This document shows, one piece after another, positions 31,832 through 45,652 of a stretch of DNA of 64,000 nt. The stretch covers positions 2,902 through 66,901 of the forward strand of contig CAZGUU010000001.1 in the NCBI GenBank assembly GCA_964529315.1. The letters run 5' to 3'. Numbering within the stretch: position 1 is the first letter of the stretch; every line of letters begins with the position of its first letter. The notes below the pieces were generated by a model. The model ran no database searches. It saw only the letters and a list, made by a program, of their open reading frames with translations, and was not told the DNA's origin. The stretch comes from an uncultured Enterobacteriaceae bacterium. Its GTDB lineage: Bacteria; Desulfobacterota; Binatia; UBA12015. The position numbers and the translations under genes were made by a program.

Positions 31832-33907
31832 ATGGCAGAGCGCCTCAACCGCCTTGCGAGCGAGCAAAGCCCGTATCTCCGGCAGCACGCGGCCAACCCC
31901 GTAGATTGGTACCCATGGGGCACCGAGGCTCTGGATCGAGCCCGCCGCGAGGACAAGCCGATCCTTCTCTCGATCGGCTACTCGGCCTGCCACTGGTGCC
32001 ACGTGATGGAGCGCGAGTCGTTCGAGGACGCGCGGATCGCGTCGCTCATGAACGACCTCTTCGTGAACATCAAGGTCGATCGCGAAGAGCGGCCCGACCT
32101 CGACACGATCTACATGAACGCCGTCCAGCTTCTCACCGGGAGCGGCGGTTGGCCGCTGACGGTCTTCCTGACACCGGACGGCAAGCCCTACTACGGCGGC
32201 ACCTATTTCCCCCCCGAGGACCGCCATGGCCGGCCAGGATTTCCTCGGGTGCTCGAGGCTCTGGCGCGAGCGTTCCGCGAGAGCCGGGGCGAGGTAGCGC
32301 GAACCGCGCAGCAGCTCATGGACGAAGTGGCACGGCTCTCTCGCTACGATCCACTTCCGGAGGTGATCCACCCCGATACCGTGGCGCGAGCGGCCGAGAA
32401 GCTTCTGGCACGCGTCGACCCGGTGCACGGGGGTATGGGGGCAGCACCGAAGTTCCCCAACGTGCCGGTCTTCTCGCTCCTGCTGCGCCGCCACCGTGCC
32501 ACGGACCGGGCCGAACTGCTCGATGCCGTGACGCTCACGCTCGACCGCATGGCCATGGGCGGCATCTACGACCAGATCGGCGGCGGATTCCACCGCTATT
32601 CGGTAGACGAGCAGTGGCTCGTACCGCACTTCGAGAAGATGCTGTACGACAACGCCCTGCTGGTCCCTCTCTATCTCGACGCCTACCGGGTCACCCAAGC
32701 CCAGACCTATCGCCGCGTGGCCGAGGAAACGCTCGACTACCTCCTGCGCGAGATGACCCATCCGGAAGGCGGCTTCTTCTCCTCCCAAGACGCCGATAGC
32801 GAGGGCGAGGAGGGCAAGTTCTACGTTTGGGACTTCTCGGCCTTCGAGCAGCTTCTCCCGGCGGACGAGGGCGCCCTGGCACGACGGTACTTCCGCGTGG
32901 ACCCGCAAGGGAACTTCGCCGAGGCCGGTTGCCGGCGAGCGAGCAACATCCTGCACCGGGACCTCTCGCCCGACGGACTCGCCGCGGTCCTCGGCCGCGA
33001 CCCGGCCGAGATCACGGAGGCGCTGCGCCGGGCGCGCCTGGCGCTTCTCGCCGAAAGAGGGAAGCGAGTGGCGCCCGCCCTCGACGACAAGATCCTCACC
33101 AGCTGGAACGCCCTGGCGATTCGCGCCTTCGTACACGCAGCCAACGTCCTGGGTGAGCAGCGCTTCCTCGTCGCAGCACTGCGTGCCGCCCGCTTCCTCG
33201 AGCGGAACCTGACGACTGGCCCGGGCGAGCTCCTGCGCAGCTGGAGGAGCGGGGCGGGCAGGTACGCAGCCTACCTCGACGACTACGCCTTCCTGGGGAT
33301 GGCCCGGCTCGACCTCTTTGCGGCCACCGGCGACCTCGATCATCTCGTCGCGGCACGACGCTCGGCCGACATCCTGCTGCGCGACTTCGCCGACTCGCAA
33401 GAGGGGGGCTTCTTCTTCACGGCATCGACGCACGAAGCGCTCGTGGATCGGCCAAAGACCGCATTCGACGGCTCCATCCCGTCGGGCAATGCGATGGCCG
33501 TCGAGCTGCTCATCCGCTTGGACCGACTCGACGGTTCGACGGCGAACCGCGACCTGATCGAGCGATCTCTGGGCTTGTTCGGCGCGCAGATGAACGGCCA
33601 GCCGTTCGCAACGGCGGCGCTCCTGGGCGTGCTCGACGAGCTCACGGCTGGCTCCACGGAAGTCGTCGTCGTCGGGGCCAGAGACGAGCCGAGAACCAGA
33701 GCCCTCCTCGCCGCGGCCCATGCCACCTACCGATCCGACAAGGCCGTCTTCTTCGTCGACCCCGGGGCTGCCCAAGCCGACCTGCCGGAATCCCTGCGGG
33801 CGAAGCCCGCCGTGCACGGACACGCCGCTGCGTACGTTTGCCGCAACTCCACATGCTCGCCGCCAACCACCGACCCCGCAGAGCTCGCCTCGCTGCTCTC
33901 CACCTGA
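31832..33907 (+). CDS. Thioredoxin-domain protein of the YyaL/DUF255 type with a C-terminal six-hairpin (N-acylglucosamine 2-epimerase-like) domain
   Basis: N-terminal [39 protein letters not shown]. 691 aa. The 998-aa antisense ORF over this region is spurious. Confidence 0.8.
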   Translation: MAERLNRLASEQSPYLRQHAANPVDWYPWGTEALDRARREDKPILLSIGYSACHWCHVMERESFEDARIASLMNDLFVNIKVDREERPDLDTIYMNAVQLLTGSGGWPLTVFLTPDGKPYYGGTYFPPEDRHGRPGFPRVLEALARAFRESRGEVARTAQQLMDEVARLSRYDPLPEVIHPDTVARAAEKLLARVDPVHGGMGAAPKFPNVPVFSLLLRRHRATDRAELLDAVTLTLDRMAMGGIYDQIGGGFHRYSVDEQWLVPHFEKMLYDNALLVPLYLDAYRVTQAQTYRRVAEETLDYLLREMTHPEGGFFSSQDADSEGEEGKFYVWDFSAFEQLLPADEGALARRYFRVDPQGNFAEAGCRRASNILHRDLSPDGLAAVLGRDPAEITEALRRARLALLAERGKRVAPALDDKILTSWNALAIRAFVHAANVLGEQRFLVAALRAARFLERNLTTGPGELLRSWRSGAGRYAAYLDDYAFLGMARLDLFAATGDLDHLVAARRSADILLRDFADSQEGGFFFTASTHEALVDRPKTAFDGSIPSGNAMAVELLIRLDRLDGSTANRDLIERSLGLFGAQMNGQPFATAALLGVLDELTAGSTEVVVVGARDEPRTRALLAAAHATYRSDKAVFFVDPGAAQADLPESLRAKPAVHGHAAAYVCRNSTCSPPTTDPAELASLLST

Positions 33908-34001
33908 GGCTCGGAGCGCGCGGCACCATCGCGTGCTCCAGCCGCCACGAGCAGCGCACCTCCGAGCGCAAACCACCCGGCAGCCTGCAGCCGGCTTCGT
34001 G

Positions 34002-34772
34002 TCAGCGGCCGTGGAACGTCGGCTTGCGCTTCTCGAGGATGGCCCGGATGCCTTCCTGTGCGTCCTCGCTCGAACGGGCCCGCTCGGCGGCGGTGCGAAC
34101 GACGTCGCTGGCCTCCAGCGTGCGGTGCGCTCCGCCTGCCGCGATGGCCCGCTTCATCGCCGCGATGGAGAGTGGAGCATTGCCGGCAATGGTGCGCGCC
34201 GTCCGCACGGCTTCCGCAGCGAGATCCTGCGCCGCGACCAGCCGGTTGACCATCGCGAGCTCGAGCGCTCGTTCGGCGGCAAGCGGCTCCGCGGTGAAGA
34301 GCATCTCGCTCGTCACCGCCGAGCCGACCGTGTCGATCAGCTTGAGCACCAAGGGGTACGGCACGACGATTCCGATCCTGGCCAGGGGCATGCCGAGGCG
34401 CGCGTGTGGCACCGCAATCCGCAGGTCGCAGTGCAAAGCCAGCTCCAGGCCACCAGCCAGCGCGTCGCCGTTCATCGCCGCGATGGTCGGGCAGCGCAGG
34501 CCCTCGAGCGGACGCAGCACCCCGTCGACGAGCTGCTGCTCGAGACGGTCCTGTCGCGGCGTCGCTCCCATCGCGCCGAGGTCCAAGCCCGAGCAGAACA
34601 CGCCTCCCGCGCCGGTCAGGATCAGGACGCGAATCGCCTCGTCTCGCTCGATCTCGGCCAGAAGGCGCTCCAGCTCGACCATCATCGCCGAGCTCAGCGC
34701 GTTGCGCCGCTCGGGTCGGTTGAGACGAATCGTCGCGACCGAATCACTCGTCGTCAGCTCGATCTCCGCCAT
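34002..34772 (-). CDS. Enoyl-CoA hydratase/isomerase (crotonase) family protein
   Basis: Start trimmed to MAEIELTTSDSVATIRLNRPERRNAL, RBS GAGAGGGG. Oxyanion-hole region LTGAGGVFCSGLDL. Confidence 0.85.
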   Translation of the reverse strand: MAEIELTTSDSVATIRLNRPERRNALSSAMMVELERLLAEIERDEAIRVLILTGAGGVFCSGLDLGAMGATPRQDRLEQQLVDGVLRPLEGLRCPTIAAMNGDALAGGLELALHCDLRIAVPHARLGMPLARIGIVVPYPLVLKLIDTVGSAVTSEMLFTAEPLAAERALELAMVNRLVAAQDLAAEAVRTARTIAGNAPLSIAAMKRAIAAGGAHRTLEASDVVRTAAERARSSEDAQEGIRAILEKRKPTFHGR

Positions 34773-36078
34773 GGGCCCCTCTCGTCGTCGCGGCGCGGCT
34801 CCTCGCCGTCCGGCGCCTGGCACTCTCTCGCAGCTCCGTTCGCGCCTGCGGTGCCGCGATCTCGATGAGGGCCTCCGCTCTCTGCTCGAGATCCAAGCCG
34901 GAGAGCTTCGCGGCGCCATGCTCGGTGACCACGACGTCCACGGCAAACCGCGGCACCGTCACCACGGCGCCCTCGCGTAGCCGCGGGACGATCCTCGAGC
35001 GCCCGCGCGCCGTCGCGGGCAGGGCGAGGATCGAAACGCCGCCTGTCGAGTACCGCGCCCCCTCGACGAAATCGAGGCTTCCCCCGACACCGCTGACCTG
35101 GTGCCCATCGATCGTCTCGGCGTTCACCTGGCCAGTCAGGTCGACCTCGATCGCCGAGTTGACCGAGACGAAGCGCTCGAGAGAGGCCAGGTGGCGCAGA
35201 TCGTGGGTGATCGAGGTCGGCAGGAGCACGACTCGCGGGTCGCTCGCCGCGCGGCGGTACATCTCGAGCGAGCCCTCGACCTCGCCCGTGCGGATGCGAC
35301 TGCCGCTGCCCGCCACATCGAGGAAGGCTCCGAGCGTGTCGGTCAGCATCCCGGAGTGGAGATTCACTCCGGGAATCTCCGCGAGCCGCTCGAGGATCGC
35401 CTCGGGAACCGCCCCGACACCGAGCTGAACCCACGCGCCTTCCGGGATCAGCCGCAGCACTTGGTCGACGATGGCTCGCTCCACGGCGCCGGCCGGGCTG
35501 GGTGCCAAGGTGCCCAGTGGTGCCGTCGCCTCTACGGCCACGTCGATGCGCTCGACGGGTATCGCCGTGTGTCCGGCGGTCCTGGGCATGTCGGGATGCA
35601 CCTCGGCGATCACCAGCCGCGCCGCATCGAGCACTGCGGGAAAGATCGCGCAGGAGATGCCCAGGTTCACCTGGCCCGCCTGGGGCGGCGCGCACTGGAC
35701 GATGGCGACGTCGGCTGCCAGCGCGCCACCTGGCCCGAAGAGCCTCGGCAGATCTCGGAACCGTGCCGGCAAAAAGCCCACTCCACCCTGCCGCGCGATG
35801 CCGCGAATGCGCGGGCCGACCTGCCAGGTGACGAAGCGATAGCCGGGCCCGAGACCACCGCACTCGGCTCGCCCCCCGAGCAACCCGTCTCCGAGGAACC
35901 CGTACTCGCCGAACTGCAGGCCCGTGTACAGGATCGGTGGGTTCTCCGGGTGGCCGGGCGACTTCCCGATGGCCTCGAAGAGTGATTGCGGCTCGACGCA
36001 GCCGTGCGGCAGCACGACACGCGCACCCCTGGGGATGCCGCGAACCGCCTCTTCCGCCGATACCCAGTGCATCGCCAT
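34744..36078 (-). CDS. Acetyl-CoA hydrolase/transferase family protein (4-hydroxybutyrate CoA-transferase-like)
   Basis: 444 aa with homology across both CoA-transferase lobes. Overlaps the downstream crotonase gene by 29 nt. Confidence 0.8.
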   Translation of the reverse strand: MAMHWVSAEEAVRGIPRGARVVLPHGCVEPQSLFEAIGKSPGHPENPPILYTGLQFGEYGFLGDGLLGGRAECGGLGPGYRFVTWQVGPRIRGIARQGGVGFLPARFRDLPRLFGPGGALAADVAIVQCAPPQAGQVNLGISCAIFPAVLDAARLVIAEVHPDMPRTAGHTAIPVERIDVAVEATAPLGTLAPSPAGAVERAIVDQVLRLIPEGAWVQLGVGAVPEAILERLAEIPGVNLHSGMLTDTLGAFLDVAGSGSRIRTGEVEGSLEMYRRAASDPRVVLLPTSITHDLRHLASLERFVSVNSAIEVDLTGQVNAETIDGHQVSGVGGSLDFVEGARYSTGGVSILALPATARGRSRIVPRLREGAVVTVPRFAVDVVVTEHGAAKLSGLDLEQRAEALIEIAAPQARTELRESARRRTARSRAATTRGAHGGDRADDE

Positions 36079-36177
36079 CTCTGCGATTCCGAGGCCCGTG
36101 CAAGGGCTGCCGGGGGAGCGCCGAACGTGGTGTCGCGCGGCCCAGCGACCTCGGGCGCTACCGCCAGAGCCTACCGG

Positions 36178-37005
36178 TCAGAACTCGTCCTTGAGCCTTC
36201 GCGTGCATGCGAAGATGCGCTCGTCGTTCTCGTCCGACTCGGGGAACCGCTTGCGGATCGAGGCGCGCAGCTCCGGGCTGTGAGATCGCAGGAACGGGTT
36301 GGTGGCGCGCTCGGAGGCAAGCGTCGTCGGTACCGTGGGTAGCCCTTGCGCCCGCCGGGAGCGCGCCCAGGCGAGCTTGTCGGCGATGGCGCGATTGCTC
36401 GGCTCCAAGAGGAGTGCGAACTCGAGATTTCGCACGGTGTACTCGTGTCCGAAGTAGACCTGCGTGTCCTCGGGGAGCGCGGTCAGCCTCGCCAGCGATG
36501 CCATCATCTGCGCCGGGTCCCCCTCGAAGAGCCGCCCGCAGCCCGCCGCGAACAAGGTGTCGCCGGTGAACACGACGCGCTCGCGAGGGAAATGGTAGGC
36601 AACGTGCCCACTCGTGTGCGCCGGAATGAAGAGAACCGTCGCCAGCAGCCGCCCTAGGTGCACCTCGTCGCCAGCCCCAACGCCATCCGTCAATCCTGGG
36701 ATTCGCTCTCGATCGCCGGAGCTACCGTAGACGCGTACGGGCAGCTGCGCCGCGATCTCGTCGTTGCCCCCGACATGGTCGTAGTGGTGGTGCGTCGAAA
36801 GAACGGCCCTGATGGCCACCCCTTCGTGTCGTGCGGCGGCGAGCACCGGGGCGGCCTCGGCGCAATCGACCACGGCGGCAACGCGCTCCTCTTCGTCGAT
36901 CACCAGGTAGCTGTAGTTGTCCTGCAGGACTGGAACGGGAACGATTCGCACGGCTTCGACCCTTCTTCTCCTCGTCTCAACCGGGCGCGCCGCCGCCCGT
37001 AGCAT
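36178..37005 (-). CDS. gloB: Hydroxyacylglutathione hydrolase (glyoxalase II)
   Basis: VPVLQDNYSYLVIDEE..THHHYDHVGGN..DTLFAAGCGRLFEG. Trimmed from the 441-aa ORF to an ATG (MLRAAARP). A GTG at 36951 (MRIVPVPV), after AGGAGAAGAAGG, is an alternative start. Confidence 0.85.
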   Translation of the reverse strand: MLRAAARPVETRRRRVEAVRIVPVPVLQDNYSYLVIDEEERVAAVVDCAEAAPVLAAARHEGVAIRAVLSTHHHYDHVGGNDEIAAQLPVRVYGSSGDRERIPGLTDGVGAGDEVHLGRLLATVLFIPAHTSGHVAYHFPRERVVFTGDTLFAAGCGRLFEGDPAQMMASLARLTALPEDTQVYFGHEYTVRNLEFALLLEPSNRAIADKLAWARSRRAQGLPTVPTTLASERATNPFLRSHSPELRASIRKRFPESDENDERIFACTRRLKDEF

Positions 37006-37400
37006 GGATCGCATCGAGAGCCGCCCGGGGCCGGCTGCGCGGTACTCGCAGCTCGAGGTCCAGATTGGCCCGACCTGGCCAGGCCACCCCGCAAGCCCGG
37101 GCCGCGCCTCGAACTCTCGCGTAGAGCTTGCCCTCCCTTCCCGTCGAGCGCAATTCCTCCAGCCCGCCGGCGCCAGTGCGCCCCGTTTGGATCCGGCCTG
37201 CGGCGCGCTCGGCGCGTTGGCCGCCTGGGACCTCGCGACGTGCTCCACGCCGCGGCGTGCCGGAGCTCGGGGCGGCAGCCGGTGTCGCCGCGAATCCTCT
37301 TGCACGGATGCACGACTCGCTGGTTTGCAGACTCGCAAGGGGGAAAAGGTCCCGTGCCAGCGACCTTGGATCGGCACTATCCTTGCGGTCCCGACCGGCG

Positions 37401-37886
37401 ATGGCTTGCCCGACCGGACGCACGTGGGCTCACTGCCTGGTGCTCGGAGCGTTGCTGCTGGCGACGCTCGCCATCGCATTGCTCCCGGCCCCAGCCCAGG
37501 CACGCTCGAAGCGGCTGCGGCCCCCCCCCAACGTCCTACTCCACCCGGACCGCGGCATGACCTTCGGTCGACTCTCGAAGATCGAGCACGACCAGCGCGC
37601 CTTCAAGCCGCTCAACCAGGGGACTCGGCTGCCCAAGATCGATCCGGCCATCGATCCGTATCAACCCGCTGTCCGCCCGAACGTGTACGACCCTCAGACG
37701 GGTGTGATTCGCGGCTCCTTGAGCGATGCCCTGCGCGCGGTCCGAAGGGGCGAGGACCTCACCAAGAGATCTCGAGAGGCCAGCCGCGGTGCGACCGCGG
37801 TTCGGTCCGCGAACGCGAAGCCCCCGCAACAGGAAGCCTCCGCAGGCACCGTCGGACCCGGGTCGCCCCGCGCCGCGTCGCGCTGA
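37401..37886 (+). CDS. Hypothetical secreted protein (signal peptide, low-complexity C-terminus)
   Basis: Trimmed to MACPTGRTWAHCLVLGALLLATLAIALLPAPAQA. No clear RBS. Confidence 0.35.
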   Translation: MACPTGRTWAHCLVLGALLLATLAIALLPAPAQARSKRLRPPPNVLLHPDRGMTFGRLSKIEHDQRAFKPLNQGTRLPKIDPAIDPYQPAVRPNVYDPQTGVIRGSLSDALRAVRRGEDLTKRSREASRGATAVRSANAKPPQQEASAGTVGPGSPRAASR

Positions 37887-37997
37887 CCACCCAGAGCGCC
37901 AAGCGCTGCCGAAGGCACCGGTTCCTGCCGCTGCCCCCATCGCGTGGCGTGTACGCCAAACGGCGCCGCGCTCTCGGCTCCGCTACACTGACCCATC

Positions 37998-39071
37998 ATG
38001 GCTCATGGGCTGCCGCTCGCGCGCTGGGCGAGGCTGCGATCGCGCGGTGTCGTGGTCGACTTCCCGTTCCTGCTGGCCCCCATGGTCGGCCTGTCGCACA
38101 CCGCGCTACGCCAGACCGTCGCGAGCTACCTTCCGGCTGGCGCCAGCACCCTGTCGTTCACGGAGATGCTCTCCTCGCGGCGGCTTCCCGCCGAACGCAT
38201 GGGCGACCGACCAGAGACCGTCCGCTGTCCGCGCGAGACTAGCCTCGTTCCACAGCTACTCGGCAACGAGGAGCGATTCATCGCTGCGTCGCTCGCCAAG
38301 CTCACCGCGCTGCAGCCGCTGGCCGTCGACATCAACATGGGTTGTCCGGTCACCAAGGCACTCAGGCACAACTGGGGTGTAGCCTTGATGGGAGACCCCT
38401 CCTATGCAGAGCAGGTCGTGCGCATCACCGTACGCCACTCGCCATGGCCGGTGTCCGTCAAGCTGCGCACGGGGCTCGACGACGACCCCGCATACCTCGT
38501 CGACTTCGCGCGCATGCTCGAGGATGCAGGCGCGGCGTGGATCACCCTTCACCCCCGAATCGCCCTCCAGCAACGCCGTGGTGCGGCTCGCTGGGAGTAC
38601 ATCGGCCGAGTACGTGACGCGGTGTCGATACCCGTCGTGGGAAACGGCGATGTCCAGACGGCTCAGGACGCGATCGCGCTGCTCCGCGAAACCGGCTGCG
38701 ACGGCGTCATGATCGGACGCGCCGCGGTGGGCCGGCCCTGGATCTTCTGGCAGATCGCCGAGGCGTTGGCCTTGCCCGCGCCGGCCGCCCGGCTCGGGCA
38801 AGGCCCGCCGAGCGATCCCTGGTCCGAGGGGGTGGAGTTCGGCCGAGCTCTGGACACTTTCATCGTCACGGCGGATCGGTGGTTCACGCCGCCCGATGCC
38901 CTGAAGCGCGTGCGCTTCTTCACGCACTGGGGAGCGCGATGGCTCGATTTTGGGCACGAGCTCTGGCGGCGCATGACCAACGCTTCGGATCTTCACCAAG
39001 CCCGTGCTGTCGGCCAGGAGTTCTTCGCCAGACCTCAGCGAATGAGCGCACGGACCGCCCTGGCCAGCTGA
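37998..39071 (+). CDS. tRNA-dihydrouridine synthase (Dus family)
   Basis: DINMGCP (catalytic Cys). VSVKLRTG. TIM-barrel FMN-binding pattern. 357 aa. Confidence 0.85.
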   Translation: MAHGLPLARWARLRSRGVVVDFPFLLAPMVGLSHTALRQTVASYLPAGASTLSFTEMLSSRRLPAERMGDRPETVRCPRETSLVPQLLGNEERFIAASLAKLTALQPLAVDINMGCPVTKALRHNWGVALMGDPSYAEQVVRITVRHSPWPVSVKLRTGLDDDPAYLVDFARMLEDAGAAWITLHPRIALQQRRGAARWEYIGRVRDAVSIPVVGNGDVQTAQDAIALLRETGCDGVMIGRAAVGRPWIFWQIAEALALPAPAARLGQGPPSDPWSEGVEFGRALDTFIVTADRWFTPPDALKRVRFFTHWGARWLDFGHELWRRMTNASDLHQARAVGQEFFARPQRMSARTALAS

Positions 39072-39086
39072 AGGCCCTCCCTGGGC

Positions 39087-41612
39087 TCAGCTCGCAGGCT
39101 CGGGACCACCTCCATCCTCCTCCAGCTCGCCGCTCGCCACGTCATCCTCGACCTCGCCGCCGTTGGCCGACGGCTCCGCTGGAGATCCGACGCGCTCTTC
39201 CATGTCTGCGACCCGTGCCAGGCTGACGACTCGCTCGCCCTCGTCCACCTCGAGCAGCTTCACGCCTTGCGTGTTCCGGCCGATCACGCGGATGTCGCTC
39301 GCTCGCAGGCGGATCAAGCGTCCGCGGTCGGTCACCAGCATCACCTCGTCGTCTTCGCCGATCTGGGCTACCCCGACCACGCCTCCGGTCTTCTCCGTGA
39401 CCTTCATCGTGATGATGCCCTTGCCTCCGCGCGACTGCAGCCGGTACTCCTCGAGCCCGCTGCGCTTTCCCTGCCCGTTCTCCGACACCGAGAGCACCGC
39501 AGCCTGCGGCGAGAGGATGTCGACGCTCACGACCTCGTCTTCTGGATCGAGCGAAACGCCCCTCACTCCACCGGCGCTCCGGCCCATGGCGCGGACGTCG
39601 GATTCCCGGAAGCGGATCGCCTGTCCGCCCCGGGTCGAAAGCAGTACCTCCTGCTCGGGGTCGACCAGCCGCACCCCGACGAGCCGATCCCCGTCGTCGA
39701 GACCGATGGCGATGATGCCTGCCGCGCGCCGGTTCGCATACGCCATCAGGTCGGTCTTCTTGACCATGCCCCTGCGGGTCGCGAAGAGCAGGTAGCGGCC
39801 GGGCTCGAACGCGGCGATGGGCAGGAAGGCCGAGAGCTTCTCGTCCGCTGCGAGCTGCAGCAGGTTGACGATGGCCTTGCCTCGCGCGGTGCGACCCCCT
39901 GGCGGGATCTCGTGCACCTTGCGCCAGTGGACGCGACCCGAGGTGGTGAAGAACAGGATGCTGTCGTGGCTCGAGGCGACGAAGAGGTGCGCGATGAAGT
40001 CGGCCTCGCGGGCTGGCGCGCCCACCTTACCACGCCCGCCGCGACGCTGGGCTCGGTACTCCGAGGCTGCGATGCGCTTGATGTACCCGGCGTGCGACAC
40101 CGTGACCGCCATGTCCTCGCGCGGGATCAGATCCTCGACGGAGAGATCCTCCGCCCTGCCGACGATCGTCGTGCGCCGGCGGTCGCCGTACTGCCCTCGG
40201 ATCTCGATCAGCTCGCCGCGGATGATCGCGTCCACCTCGGCGCGGTCCGCCAGGATGGCCTTGAGGCGGGCGATCAGGGCTTCCGTCTCGCGGTGCTCGT
40301 CGAGGATCTTGTCGCGCTCGAGGTTGGTCAACCGCTGCAGCCGCATGTCCAGGATGGCCTGCGCCTGGATCTCGGAGAGGCCGAAGCTCGCCATCAGACC
40401 CGAGCGCGCGGCGGCCGGGCTCGCCGACGAGCGGATCAGGGCAATGACCGCGTCGAGGTTCTCGAGGGCGATCTTGAGCCCGTCGAGGATGTGCAGGCGC
40501 TCTTCGGCCTTGCGCAGGTCGAACACGGTCCGCCGGGTCACCACCTCGCGGCGATGGTCGAGGAAGACCTGCAGCGCGTCGCGCAGGTTGAGCAGGCGGG
40601 GCCTGCCCTCGACGATCGCCAGCAGGTTGACGCCGAAGGACTCCTGCATGGCCGTCAGCTTGAACAGCTGGTTCAGGACGACCTGGCCCACGGCGTCCTT
40701 CTTGAGCTCGATCACGATCCGCATGCCATCGCGATCGGACTCGTCGCGCAGGTCCGAGATGCCCTCGATCTTCTTCTCGTTGACCAGCTCGGCGATGCGC
40801 TCGATGAGGCGCGCCTTGTTCACCTGATAGGGGATCGCGTCGACCACGATGGTCTCGCGGCCGGTGCGTGCGTCCTCCTCGATCTCGGCGCTGGCCCTCA
40901 TCTGGAGGATGCCGCGTCCCGTGGCGTAAGCCTCGCGAATGGGTGCGCTGCCGCAGATGAACCCACCCGTCGGGAAGTCGGGCCCGGGGATCCAGCGCAT
41001 CAGGTCGAGCGGCGTGAGCGAGGGATCGTCGAGCAGCGCGATGCAGCCGTCCACCAGCTCGGTCAGGTTGTGCGGCGGGACGTTGGTGGCCATCCCGACG
41101 GCGATGCCGGAGGCCCCATTGAGGAGTAGGTTGGGGATCTTGGCCGGAAGGACGACCGGCTCGCGCTCGGTGTCGTCGTAGTTGGCCGCGAAGTCGACGG
41201 TTTCGCGGTCGATGTCGGCCAAGAGCTCGCTCGCGATGCGTGCGAGGCGGATCTCCGTGTAGCGCATCGCCGCCGGCGCGTCGCCGTCGACCGAGCCGAA
41301 ATTGCCCTGCCCGTCTACCAACGGGTAGCGCATCGAAAAATCTTGCGCGAGGCGGACAATCGTGTCGTACACGGCGGCGTCGCCGTGCGGGTGGTACTTG
41401 CCGATCACGTCTCCGACGATGCGAGCCGACTTCTTGTAGCCCCGGTTCCAATCGACCCCGAGCTCGTTCATCGCGTAGAGCACGCGCCGGTGGACGGGCT
41501 TGAGGCCGTCGCGAGCGTCGGGAAGAGCGCGGCCGATGATCACGCTCATTGCGTAGTCCATGTAGGACTGACGCATCTCGTCTTCGATGCTGATCGGGAT
41601 TCGGTCGGCCAT
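39087..41612 (-). CDS. gyrA: DNA gyrase subunit A
   Basis: 841 aa. N-terminus [43 protein letters not shown], active-site Tyr region, acidic C-terminal tail. Confidence 0.97.
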   Translation of the reverse strand: MADRIPISIEDEMRQSYMDYAMSVIIGRALPDARDGLKPVHRRVLYAMNELGVDWNRGYKKSARIVGDVIGKYHPHGDAAVYDTIVRLAQDFSMRYPLVDGQGNFGSVDGDAPAAMRYTEIRLARIASELLADIDRETVDFAANYDDTEREPVVLPAKIPNLLLNGASGIAVGMATNVPPHNLTELVDGCIALLDDPSLTPLDLMRWIPGPDFPTGGFICGSAPIREAYATGRGILQMRASAEIEEDARTGRETIVVDAIPYQVNKARLIERIAELVNEKKIEGISDLRDESDRDGMRIVIELKKDAVGQVVLNQLFKLTAMQESFGVNLLAIVEGRPRLLNLRDALQVFLDHRREVVTRRTVFDLRKAEERLHILDGLKIALENLDAVIALIRSSASPAAARSGLMASFGLSEIQAQAILDMRLQRLTNLERDKILDEHRETEALIARLKAILADRAEVDAIIRGELIEIRGQYGDRRRTTIVGRAEDLSVEDLIPREDMAVTVSHAGYIKRIAASEYRAQRRGGRGKVGAPAREADFIAHLFVASSHDSILFFTTSGRVHWRKVHEIPPGGRTARGKAIVNLLQLAADEKLSAFLPIAAFEPGRYLLFATRRGMVKKTDLMAYANRRAAGIIAIGLDDGDRLVGVRLVDPEQEVLLSTRGGQAIRFRESDVRAMGRSAGGVRGVSLDPEDEVVSVDILSPQAAVLSVSENGQGKRSGLEEYRLQSRGGKGIITMKVTEKTGGVVGVAQIGEDDEVMLVTDRGRLIRLRASDIRVIGRNTQGVKLLEVDEGERVVSLARVADMEERVGSPAEPSANGGEVEDDVASGELEEDGGGPEPAS

Positions 41613-41638
41613 CGGCTGGTTCTACGCTTCGCGCCTGC

Positions 41639-44089
<2,451 letters not shown>

Positions 44090-44207
44090 TTAACAGTATT
44101 TGCCGAAAGGTCGCTTATAGCAGACCGAGACGCCGAAAAGAAGCCCCGGCCAGGCCCGCGCACACGCTCCAGCGAACCCCTGCGATCCATCTCGGAATCG
44201 CCGCGGA

Positions 44208-45317
44208 TCAGAGTCGCATCGGCATCACGACGTAGCGGTAGGAGTCGTCTTCGTCGCTGCGGATGACCCCTGGGCTGGCATCGTCGATCAGCGAGATCTC
44301 GACCCGCTGGTCGTCCGGCAACACGGCCAGAACGTCGGTGAGATAGCGCGAGTTGAAGCCGACGGCGAGCTCGGCTCCCTCGTAGGCGACCTCGATCTCT
44401 TCGCTCGCCTCGCCGAAGTCCGGGCTGCTCGCCGAAACCGCGAGCTGTCCCGTGGTTGCTTGGAGCTTGACACCCCGCGCTCGGTCGCTGGCCACGACCG
44501 AAACTCGCCGCAATGCGGAGAGCAGCTCGCTCTTGTCGATCGCGATCTGGTGGCTGGCGGCCTTGGGAATCACCTGCTCGTAGTTCGGGAACTCGCCATC
44601 GACCAGACGCATGACCAGCTCGACGTTGGCCCGCACTACTCGCGCCGTGTTGCTGCCCACCGACAGGCGAGCCCTCCCTTCCTCGCCGACGATGAGCTTC
44701 TGGACTTCCACGAGGCCCTTTCGCGGCAGGATGGCGCCCTTCGTCTCGCCGCTTCCCTGCGCGCTCCCCTCCTCGACGAGAGCCAGACGATGGCCATCGG
44801 TGCCGACCAAGCGCAGGACGTTCTCGCTCTTCGACAGCAGAACCCCGCCCAGGTGCGGCCGGGTCTCGTCGGTAGACACGGCAAACAGGGTGCACTCGAT
44901 CATGCGAGCCAGCGTGTCGCAGGGCAGATCGACGACGACCCCGTCCTTCTCGTCCACTTGCGGGAAGCTCGGGAAGTCGCCTGCAGGCAGCCCGACCAGC
45001 TTCACGCGCGAGCGGCCCGACACGATCTCGACGAAGTGGTTCTCGAGCAGCCGCACCGTGACGTCACCCGGCTTCAGCTCGCGCACGAACTCGAAGAGCT
45101 TGCGCGCGCCGACCGTCGCTGCGCCCGATTCCCGGATCTTCGCCGTGCACCTGCGGCGGAGGTGCACCTCGAGGTCCGTCGCTGCGATCGACAAATCCTT
45201 GCCCGAGGCATCGAGCAGGACATTGGCGAGGATCGGAAGCGTATTGCGCCGCTCGACCACGCCCTGCGTGAGCGAGAGGCCCTGCAAGAACTCTCCTCGG
45301 TCGACCGAGAACTCCAT
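44208..45317 (-). CDS. dnaN: DNA polymerase III beta sliding clamp
   Basis: Trimmed to MEFSVDRGEFLQGLSL, with the strong RBS GGGGGGGAAG upstream. 369 aa, three-domain clamp. Confidence 0.93.
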   Translation of the reverse strand: MEFSVDRGEFLQGLSLTQGVVERRNTLPILANVLLDASGKDLSIAATDLEVHLRRRCTAKIRESGAATVGARKLFEFVRELKPGDVTVRLLENHFVEIVSGRSRVKLVGLPAGDFPSFPQVDEKDGVVVDLPCDTLARMIECTLFAVSTDETRPHLGGVLLSKSENVLRLVGTDGHRLALVEEGSAQGSGETKGAILPRKGLVEVQKLIVGEEGRARLSVGSNTARVVRANVELVMRLVDGEFPNYEQVIPKAASHQIAIDKSELLSALRRVSVVASDRARGVKLQATTGQLAVSASSPDFGEASEEIEVAYEGAELAVGFNSRYLTDVLAVLPDDQRVEISLIDDASPGVIRSDEDDSYRYVVMPMRL

Positions 45318-45387
45318 CACTTCCCCCCCGTTGGACGAGCACCCCCCGTGAGCGTGCTGCACCGCACTCCCCACGTGCCGCCGTCTT

Positions 45388-45584
45388 CTCTATTCTTCTT
45401 TATACTATTCAAATAGAGGTAGTAGAGCCTGTGGACACGGTGGACAAGGGATTCAACGCCGCGGTTCCCGGTCGCATTCACCTGTGGGAATGAAGGCGCC
45501 GCTGCCATCGGGCGCGAAGATCGCTCTGGTCGGCCGTGGATCTCCCCAGGTTGAGGGCGAGCAGCCCACAGGGAATCCACAAGC
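45388..45584. other. oriC: Candidate oriC core in the dnaA-dnaN intergenic region: a 40-bp AT-rich segment followed by tandem DnaA-box-like 9-mers
   Basis: TCTATTCTTCTTTATACTATTCAAATAGAGGTAGTAGAG (45388-45428). TGTGGACAC (45430-38) and GGTGGACAA (45439-47) abut each other. GAATCCACA at 45573-81. Each is 7-8 of 9 to TTATCCACA or TTGTCCACA. Confidence 0.45.
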
Positions 45585-45652
45585 GCTCGAAGAAGGAGCC
45601 AGTCCCCGGACCGAAGCCCTCTACGCTTCGCCGGGGCCGTGGCAGCGTCGCG

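Noticed and set aside
30980-33976. 998-aa ORF on the minus strand
   Set aside because: It is antisense to the well-supported YyaL-like thioredoxin-domain gene (31832..33907). Its translation is Arg/Gly/Pro-rich low complexity with no recognisable domain. Typical high-GC antisense open frame.
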